Assembly (NCBI GenBank): GCA_903916665.1
Contig: CAIWXP010000027.1
Coordinates: 1-5,172, forward strand
DNA length: 5,172 nucleotides
Source of the DNA: Candidatus Iainarchaeum sp.
GTDB lineage: Archaea; Iainarchaeota; Iainarchaeia; Iainarchaeales; 0-14-0-20-30-16
Direction of reading: 5' to 3'
This document shows, piece by piece, positions 1 to 5,096 of this stretch (positions are counted from its first letter, which is position 1; each line of letters starts with the position of its first letter). The notes under the pieces were generated by a model, which saw only the letters and a program-made list of their open reading frames with translations, was not told the origin of the DNA and searched no databases. Made by a program: the position numbers and the translations under genes.

Positions 1-170
1 AACAAATTAAAATAAACTGCTTCCATTGACATTTTTGAGTTATTTTCTGCCATTAATATGGGTACTAAAAATAATATACAGACAATAACAATAATTGTTG
101 CTTTGATTGCCCAAGACCAAAATAATCTTTTACTTGGTTTTCCTTCATATAATACCCTATCTTCTACCAT
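1..170 (-). CDS. N-terminal part of a membrane protein gene that continues beyond position 1; possibly a bacterial-PH/DUF304-like membrane-flanked family (weak)
   Basis: This gene is absent from the ORF track because the window edge truncates it. The reverse complement from ATG at 170-168 reads MVEDRVLYEGKPSKRLFWSWAIKATIIVIVCILFLVPILMAENNSKMSMEAVYFNL with no stop down to position 3. An AGGTGAT Shine-Dalgarno-like motif (complement of 177-183) sits 6 nt upstream of the ATG. A hydrophobic stretch (AIKATIIVIVCILFLVPIL) looks like a TM helix. The E-x-V-L-Y-E-G-K-P-S lead-in followed by a TM recalls DUF304/bPH_2 proteins, from memory only. Confidence 0.5.
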   Translation of the reverse strand, partial: MVEDRVLYEGKPSKRLFWSWAIKATIIVIVCILFLVPILMAENNSKMSMEAVYFNL

Positions 171-260
171 AAAAATATCACCTAATTAATAGTTAAATTA
201 TTATAATATTACTACGATCTACTTATTAATATATATTTCCCTATTATATGTGGTGATTTA
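171..260. promoter_or_regulatory. Divergent intergenic region with ribosome-binding sites for both flanking genes and AT-rich TATA-like stretches
   Basis: AGGTGAT (complement of 177-183) serves the minus-strand gene and GGTGAT (252-257, 3 nt before ATG 261) serves the plus-strand gene. TATA-like runs occur at ttataatatt (about 200-209) and ttaatatatattt (about 215-227). Exact promoter elements cannot be resolved in this AT-rich background. Confidence 0.3.
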
Positions 261-629
261 ATGAAATTTATGATTATAACATTATTTGCATTAATATTTG
301 CAACTCTAGTTTTATCTGGTTGTATTGCAAGCTGTCCAGATTTAAAAGGTGTTGAATTAAAAAATTTAGGTGACGTCTATTTTGTTACTGTTGATAACAT
401 AAAATTAGATGGGTTACAAGTTATGGGTAAAACAACCATATTGGGTGGAACACTTTGTAATAAAGGTACATTGGAAGGAGAAAATGTAAACAATATTTAT
501 TGTGATATTATATTATCAAATACAGAAATAGATTCTCAAGGAAATATAATTTCAAAAGACAAAAAAAATGCACAAATAGTATTCGATGCAAATAAAACCT
601 ATTTAGAAACTAGTTGTTTGGGAAATTAA
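261..629 (+). CDS. Small secreted or lipid-anchored protein (signal peptide with lipobox L-S-G-C); function unknown
   Basis: This is a 122-aa ORF with a GGTGAT RBS at 252-257 and a TAA stop. The N-terminus MKFMIITLFALIFATLVLSGC has a charged n-region, a hydrophobic core and a lipobox-like LSGC. The mature part is Gly/Asn/Thr-rich with four further Cys. I recognise no family. Confidence 0.7.
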   Translation: MKFMIITLFALIFATLVLSGCIASCPDLKGVELKNLGDVYFVTVDNIKLDGLQVMGKTTILGGTLCNKGTLEGENVNNIYCDIILSNTEIDSQGNIISKDKKNAQIVFDANKTYLETSCLGN

Positions 630-643
630 TTTCCCAAAACAAT
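613..643. terminator. Inverted repeat or hairpin between two convergent genes; candidate bidirectional terminator
   Basis: GGGAAATT|AATTTCCC (620-635) is a perfect 16-nt palindrome. Pairing extends outward (617-619 with 636-638, then 614-616 with 640-642) with one bulged A at 639. The repeat spans the TAA of the plus-strand gene (627-629) and ends next to the TGA of Cdc48 (643-645). No clear oligo-T tract follows on either strand. Confidence 0.3.
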
Positions 644-2841
644 CATCTAATATAATTTGTATCTTTTTCTTTTTTCTTCTCTTCACTATCTAATAAATTC
701 TTTTTAGATTCGTTTAGTTTATTTAAAGATTTTTTTAAATCTTGAATTGTTATAGGGGCACTCTTCATATTATTTGCTTCTAAAGATATTAAACCTGCTG
801 CTCTTAATATTGAACTTAAATCTGCACCAGAAAAACCATCTGTATCATGAGCAATTAATTGCAAATCATTTCTATCTTTCAATGTCATATTCTTAGACTG
901 TTTTTCTAAAATATCCAATCTACCTTTCTCATCGGATAAACCAACGTGCAATAATAAATCAATTCTTCCAGGTCTAATTACAGCAGTATCCAAATCTTCT
1001 AATTTATTTGTTGCTGCTAAAAATACAATTCCTTTTGAATTACTCATACCATCTAATTCTGTCAATAATTGATTAACAACTCTACTTGTTGTTGGATTGC
1101 TATCCATTGATCTTCTTGGTGCAATGGCATCAATTTCATCAAAGAAAACAATACAAGGTGATGCTTGACGAGCCTTTTGAAAAATATTTCTAATTGCTCT
1201 TTCACTTTCCCCTAACCATTTATTAAAAATCTCAGGACCTCTAACAGAAATAAAATTAGCTTCGCATTCGTTTGCAATTGCTTTTGCTAACATTGTTTTT
1301 CCTGTTCCTGGCGGACCATACAATAAAATTCCTTTAATTGGAGAAATACCCATTTTCTCAAAACTCTCATAGTGCTTCAAAGGCAATTCAACCATCTTTT
1401 TAATTTCGTCTTTAACATCGTCTAAGCCACCAACATCATTCCAATTAACATTGGGAATTTCTGCAAATACTTCTCTCAAAGCAGAAGGATTAACTTCTTT
1501 TAATGCATTTTGAAAATCTTCAAAATTAATTAATATTTTTTCTAATTCTTCTGGCTCAACAGCTTCCGAACTTTCTAAATTTAATTTATAATTTTTATCG
1601 TCTCTTACTCTTCTAATTGTTTGCATTGCGGATTCTCTTACCAGCGCACACAAATCAGCACCAACAAATCCTCTTGTTTGCAATGCAATGTCTTCTACCA
1701 TGCCCATAAAAAATGTTTTTTGTAATTTATCTAAAGAATAATCTGTTTTTAATGCAAATTTATTTGTTATATTTTCATTCTTTGTTTCATCCTGATCTAA
1801 TAAAGAAAATAATTCTTCCAATTGTTTTTGTTCTTCTACTAATTTATCTTCTAATTTTCCTTTTTCTTTTACTACAATCTCATTTGCAGATTTAAGTTTT
1901 TCTACCACTCTTTCAATATATTCTTTTTTAAATAATGGTCTAATTGGAGCATTTCGTGTTAATATATTTAATATTTCTATTCTACCATCTTTATCTGGTG
2001 CACCAATCTCTATTTCCCTATCAAATCTTCCTGGTCTACGTAGAGCATTATCAATTGAATTAGGCCTATTGGTAGTTGCTATAACAATGGTTTGACCTCT
2101 TGCTTCCATTCCATCCATTAAACTTAACAATTGGGCAACAACTCTTTTCTCAACGTCACCTGCAACTTCTTCTCTTATTGGTGCTATGGCATCAATTTCA
2201 TCAATAAAAATTATACTTGGATTATTATCTTGAGCTTCTTTAAATAAGTCTCTAATTTTTTGTTCTGCCCCACCAACATATCGTGACATTATTTCTGGAC
2301 CTTTAATTGTGATTATATGTGCACCAGACTCATTGGCAACTGCTTTTGCAATTAATGTTTTTCCAGTTCCTGGAGGACCAAATAATAAAACACCTTTTGG
2401 AGGCTCAATACCTAAATGATTAAATAATTCTGGATGTCTTAAAGGAAATTCAATCATTTCTTTTATTTTGCTTAATTGTTTTTTTATTCCTCCAATATCT
2501 TCATAGGATACTCTTGCAACATTGGCATTGTTTGGATCAACGGGTTCACTTAAAACTTCTACTTCTGTTTCATCACTAATAATAACCGGGCCCTTGGGTT
2601 GTGAGCTTTGAACAATTAATGTAATTGGATTTCCAAAAACAGCAAACATTACTTCTTCGCCAGTAATCATTGGTTTCATTAAAAAATTCTTTTTAATTAA
2701 TCTTGTATACTGGCCCAACTGTGCTTGAACTTCTTGAATTGGAGCAAAGGTAATTTTTTTACAGGGTAATAAAACTGCTTTTTTAACTACTACCCCATCA
2801 CCTATAGACACACCACAATTTTTTCTTGTGAAACTATCCAC
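643..2841 (-). CDS. cdc48: Cdc48/VAT/p97-type double-ring AAA+ ATPase: second half of the N domain plus D1 plus D2. The GTG start at 2841 is probably an ORF-caller artefact, and the frame continues upstream to 3045 through a TGA.
   Basis: There are two AAA+ modules. D1 has Walker A GPPGTGKT (aa 155-162), Walker B IIFIDEID, pore loop MSRYVGG and [14 protein letters not shown]2 has Walker A GPPGTGKT (aa 509-516), Walker B IVFFDEID, pore loop FNKWLGESE and IRPGRID. The linker motifs SYEDIGG and [10 protein letters not shown] are typical of Cdc48/VAT. N-terminal residues [20 protein letters not shown] match the second half of the VAT double-psi barrel, followed by a beta-clam-like segment. The stop is TGA at 645-643. 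Confidence 0.95.
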   Translation of the reverse strand: MDSFTRKNCGVSIGDGVVVKKAVLLPCKKITFAPIQEVQAQLGQYTRLIKKNFLMKPMITGEEVMFAVFGNPITLIVQSSQPKGPVIISDETEVEVLSEPVDPNNANVARVSYEDIGGIKKQLSKIKEMIEFPLRHPELFNHLGIEPPKGVLLFGPPGTGKTLIAKAVANESGAHIITIKGPEIMSRYVGGAEQKIRDLFKEAQDNNPSIIFIDEIDAIAPIREEVAGDVEKRVVAQLLSLMDGMEARGQTIVIATTNRPNSIDNALRRPGRFDREIEIGAPDKDGRIEILNILTRNAPIRPLFKKEYIERVVEKLKSANEIVVKEKGKLEDKLVEEQKQLEELFSLLDQDETKNENITNKFALKTDYSLDKLQKTFFMGMVEDIALQTRGFVGADLCALVRESAMQTIRRVRDDKNYKLNLESSEAVEPEELEKILINFEDFQNALKEVNPSALREVFAEIPNVNWNDVGGLDDVKDEIKKMVELPLKHYESFEKMGISPIKGILLYGPPGTGKTMLAKAIANECEANFISVRGPEIFNKWLGESERAIRNIFQKARQASPCIVFFDEIDAIAPRRSMDSNPTTSRVVNQLLTELDGMSNSKGIVFLAATNKLEDLDTAVIRPGRIDLLLHVGLSDEKGRLDILEKQSKNMTLKDRNDLQLIAHDTDGFSGADLSSILRAAGLISLEANNMKSAPITIQDLKKSLNKLNESKKNLLDSEEKKKEKDTNYIR

Positions 2842-2880
2842 TCTTATTATTCTTTCTCCTTCTTCACTTGGTCTGCCGGG

Positions 2881-3045
2881 TCAAATTTTTGCCAAACTAT
2901 CTTTTTTTCCTTTTATTAAAATATAATCATCATGGGATAGCCCTAAAACGTTACGAGTTTCATTATCAATGGCAGCAACTTTCTTTCCCACTAAATTAGG
3001 ATCTGCTTCCATTATTTTCAATGTAGTACTTTTTTCACTTGCCAT
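2881..3045 (-). CDS. cdc48: N-terminal fragment of the same Cdc48/VAT gene (first half of the double-psi beta-barrel N domain), ending at an in-frame TGA
   Basis: The ORF-track entry 2881-3081 reads ...TLKIMEADPNLVGKKVAAIDNETRNVLGLSHDDYILIKGKKDSLAKI. This parallels the VAT N-terminus ILRVAEANSTDPGMSRVRLDESSRRLLDAEIGDVVEIEKVRKTVGRV, recalled from memory. I prefer ATG at 3045 (MASEKSTT...) because GTGAT (complement of 3050-3054) lies 4 nt upstream. ATG 3081 has no comparable RBS and would add 12 residues absent from homologues. The frame is identical to that of 643-2841. Confidence 0.75.
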   Translation of the reverse strand: MASEKSTTLKIMEADPNLVGKKVAAIDNETRNVLGLSHDDYILIKGKKDSLAKI

Positions 3046-3094
3046 AGGAATCACTGTAAACTTTTGTATCTTTGTATTCATCCATTAAACATAT

Positions 3095-3490
3095 TTAATT
3101 TTTAGAATTAAAATTCATAAAGAAAAATGTTAACCAACCCATAAAGAATGATACTGCAATGTGTATATAGGGTGTACTTAATAGAGATGAAAATATCCCC
3201 GATGTTTGTGTATAGTAAATCCAATAGGCCATATAATAACCCAAATATAACATTATCAATAGTATTAAACCGATATAAATTTCTGCAAAATTAAAATCAA
3301 TTTCTTTTTTAAAATATTCAAAAATTAAATATCCAAAAATAAAAAATGCAATTATAAATAAATGATTTGTCCAGGGTGAGTTTATATCAAATATTAATTT
3401 TGTTGCGCTTAAAACATATAACAAAATATAATTTACAACGAAAATTGCTGCAAAAATTAAAATATTCTTTTTAAGATCTTTTTTTGACAT
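3095..3490 (-). CDS. Small integral membrane protein with four predicted TM helices; family unknown
   Basis: This is a 131-aa ORF with a TAA stop. A GGGGGT RBS-like motif (complement of 3498-3503) lies 7 nt upstream of ATG 3490, inside the end of the upstream gene. The lysine-rich N-terminus MSKKDLKK is followed by four hydrophobic segments at about aa 9-29, 43-60, 69-93 and 108-127, rich in Phe/Tyr/Ile. The gene overlaps the upstream CDS by 20 nt. Confidence 0.7.
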   Translation of the reverse strand: MSKKDLKKNILIFAAIFVVNYILLYVLSATKLIFDINSPWTNHLFIIAFFIFGYLIFEYFKKEIDFNFAEIYIGLILLIMLYLGYYMAYWIYYTQTSGIFSSLLSTPYIHIAVSFFMGWLTFFFMNFNSKN

Positions 3491-4715
3491 TTAAATTACC
3501 CCCATCATTAGCTTTTACATAGCTATCTATCTCTTCATAGGTTGTTGCACAACCACTATTTTTTATTGTGTATAATAATGATTTCTTATAATCTAATCCA
3601 TCATATTTTTTAAAATATCCCTCTTTAATTGCAAAGGCAATCAAATCAACACTTCTTATTACAGAAATATTTTTTAATATAGCATTAACTTGATTTAATT
3701 TTATTTTGTCATAGGATACTTTTTCTTTATAACGTGATTCCATCAAATCATGTAACTTTAAAGGATCTTCAATTAACCAACGTGTAATAATTTCATCAAT
3801 TACTAAAACAGCATTGTTAGCTTTGGCAAAAGCTATGCATTCCAATTCTCCTTTTTGCAATACTTCTAATTTACCATGTTTTGTATAAAATACACTATTA
3901 CACAATTCTTCAATATTACCATTCTTAGGAACCTCTTCTTTTTTAATTAAAGTAAATATTTTTTTATTTATTAAATATTCATATTGTATCCCTACCCATC
4001 CATAGCGAACTACTTTTTGTTGAATATCTATTGTTTCATTGTGCACTGCTTCAGTTAAATATAAATTTACCGTTGGATTTCTTTTTTTAAATTCTTCAAA
4101 GAATTCAACTAAGCCAGTATTTCCAATTGAAATCAAAGAACTTGAATCAAAAATTAAATTTCTATTTTCTTTTAATAGTGATTCTACTTTCTTTGTTAAA
4201 ATATCTTCAGGCAATTTTTGATTATGCGTTTGTGTATCTGCCAGATAGGTTTGTAAATCATAGACATTAACTGCCAATACTTCATTTATCTTTGTTGTAG
4301 AAAACCCCATAGAATATAGTCTTGCACCAACTTTTACTCTTCCTTTCTTTTCAATATTTTTTAAATAGTTATTAAACTCAGAATTATCCTTTTCAAACAA
4401 ATGAATAAAAACATTTAAATCGTTTTTTAATGAATCTTTATTTTGACTTTTTAATTTATCAAAAAATGCTAATATTCTTTCCTTATCTCTTTTCCAAGAT
4501 TTTGATTCGATTAAATGATTCTGTGTTAATGATTTATATAAACAATAAACTATAACCGACAAATATAATCCAGAGAAATCTCCATTTATTGCGCAATACT
4601 CTGTCAACTCATTGGATGTCCTTTTCAAAGGCACAATATTTTGTCTTTGAAAATCTTGAACAATTAATTCTAATAATTTTATGTAGCCTTTCTGATTCGC
4701 CAAATTAATATCCAT
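3471..4715 (-). CDS. Multidomain protein: unrecognised helical N-terminal region, an HTH-like (UPF0175/COG2886-like) segment, and a C-terminal PIN-like domain of the COG2405/DUF3368 type
   Basis: The ORF track starts at GTG 4724, but that GTG lies inside the RBS. GGTG (complement of 4722-4725) sits 6 nt upstream of ATG 4715, giving MDINLANQ... (414 aa). The stop is TAA. The PIN-like signature, in ORF-track numbering, is NLIFDSSSLISIGNTGLVEFF (aa 189-209), LYLTEAVHNE (aa 221-230), KGELECIAFAKANNAVLVIDE (aa 291-311) and ISVIRSVDLIAFAIKEGYF (aa 353-371). This matches the pattern D-[ST]-S-P-L-I...P..V..E...GE.E.I.LA......L..DD...G....L..A...G that I recall for COG2405 proteins. The HTH-like segment is VGARLYSMGFSTTKINEVLAVNVYDLQTYL (aa 132-161). 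Confidence 0.8.
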   Translation of the reverse strand: MDINLANQKGYIKLLELIVQDFQRQNIVPLKRTSNELTEYCAINGDFSGLYLSVIVYCLYKSLTQNHLIESKSWKRDKERILAFFDKLKSQNKDSLKNDLNVFIHLFEKDNSEFNNYLKNIEKKGRVKVGARLYSMGFSTTKINEVLAVNVYDLQTYLADTQTHNQKLPEDILTKKVESLLKENRNLIFDSSSLISIGNTGLVEFFEEFKKRNPTVNLYLTEAVHNETIDIQQKVVRYGWVGIQYEYLINKKIFTLIKKEEVPKNGNIEELCNSVFYTKHGKLEVLQKGELECIAFAKANNAVLVIDEIITRWLIEDPLKLHDLMESRYKEKVSYDKIKLNQVNAILKNISVIRSVDLIAFAIKEGYFKKYDGLDYKKSLLYTIKNSGCATTYEEIDSYVKANDGGNLNVKKRS

Positions 4716-4724
4716 AATAAACAC

Positions 4725-4919
4725 CGTAACTTATATTAAAAAATGTAAAAGTATTTTTATACTTATACTATATATAAGGGATTTCCGTTAAAATTTTCAA
4801 GAAAACCTTATAAAGCTTATGTATCCTAAATATAATAGACTTTTTCATTAAAAAAGACATTTTTTTAGTTTTTTTATTTAGTAAATAGATTTTCTTTTTA
4901 AAAAAGAAAACCCTAAAAA
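4725..4919. promoter_or_regulatory. Divergent intergenic region holding the likely promoter of the minus-strand three-gene block and the promoter of tRNA-Asp
   Basis: This is a 195-nt AT-rich spacer. On the minus strand, TTATATATA (complement of 4768-4776) lies about 53 nt upstream of ATG 4715 and is preceded by CGGAAAT, a possible BRE/TATA pair. For the tRNA, the TATA-like runs tttatttagtaaata (4873-4887) and ctttttaaaaaag (4894-4906) lie 15-45 nt upstream of 4920. These assignments are tentative. Confidence 0.3.
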
Positions 4920-4991
4920 GCCCCGATGGTCTAATGGTTATGATCGACCCCTGTCACGGGTCAGATCCGGGTTCAATTCCCGGTCGAGGCG
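4920..4991 (+). tRNA. tRNA-Asp (anticodon GTC), 72 nt, no intron, CCA not encoded
   Basis: I folded the cloverleaf by hand. The acceptor stem is GCCCCGA/TCGAGGC, with six Watson-Crick pairs and a C4-A69 mismatch. The D arm is GTCT-AATGGTTA-TGAT. The anticodon stem GACCC/GGGTC carries the loop CTGTCAC, giving GTC = Asp. The variable region is AGAT, and the T arm is CCGGG-TTCAATT-CCCGG. The discriminator is G at 4991, followed by TTTACA. The segment is a GC-rich island in AT-rich sequence. Confidence 0.9.
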
Positions 4992-5000
4992 TTTACATGG

Positions 5001-5096
5001 CACACGTAGTGTGAGCTGTAAATGTATCTGTAGTTTGGTTTTGAAAAAACGAAACTACTGGGCTTCAAAATGGCAATTGCAAAATTGACTTTTGAA
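5001..5096 (+). other. GC-elevated segment with three hairpins immediately 3' of tRNA-Asp; candidate small structured RNA or 5' leader of the downstream gene
   Basis: H1 pairs CACAC (5001-5005) with GTGTG (5009-5013). H2 pairs 5030-5042 with 5046-5058, giving 12 bp with one G-G mismatch and a gaa loop. H3 pairs TTCAAAA (5064-5070) with TTTTGAA (5090-5096), enclosing the palindrome GCAATTGC (5073-5080). A further TTTTGAA at 5039-5045 could pair with 5064-5070 instead. No known RNA family is recognised. Confidence 0.3.

Noticed and set aside
643-660. A C-terminal HbYX proteasome-docking motif on Cdc48
   Set aside because: The protein ends ...DTNYIR, so Tyr is antepenultimate rather than penultimate as in the canonical hydrophobic-Tyr-X tail. 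VAT ends in LYL, as I recall. Presence or absence of proteasome docking cannot be called from this.
1713-1895. A 60-aa plus-strand ORF ([21 protein letters not shown]...)
   Set aside because: It lies entirely antisense to the Cdc48 D1 insertion. Its Leu/Phe/Ile-rich low-complexity product is what the complement of a Lys/Glu-rich AT-rich coding stretch yields. It has no RBS and no recognisable motif.
2842-2861. An SD-like AAGGAG (complement of 2856-2861) as evidence for independent initiation of the 732-aa ORF at GTG 2841
   Set aside because: Its spacing to the GTG is 14 nt, whereas every convincing RBS in this window sits 3-7 nt from its start. The motif is also just the codons E-G-E of the continuing Cdc48 frame.
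2881-2883. The in-frame TGA as a selenocysteine codon
   Set aside because: The aligned residue in homologues is aromatic (Tyr or Trp), not Cys or Sec, and Cdc48 is not a known selenoprotein. The 3' untranslated space is only 13 nt, with no room for an archaeal-type SECIS apart from the 613-643 palindrome, which does not resemble one.
4039-4221. A 60-aa plus-strand ORF (MCTASVKYKFTVGFLFLNSS...)
   Set aside because: It is antisense to the well-supported PIN-like CDS, has no GGTGAT-type RBS, and its composition is typical of antisense frames in AT-rich genes.
4890-4910. A perfect inverted repeat TTTTCTTTTT-A-AAAAAGAAAA, 10 nt upstream of the tRNA
   Set aside because: It consists almost entirely of A and T homopolymer runs in an AT-rich promoter region. 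It likely reflects TATA-like composition and cannot be distinguished from chance low complexity without comparative data.
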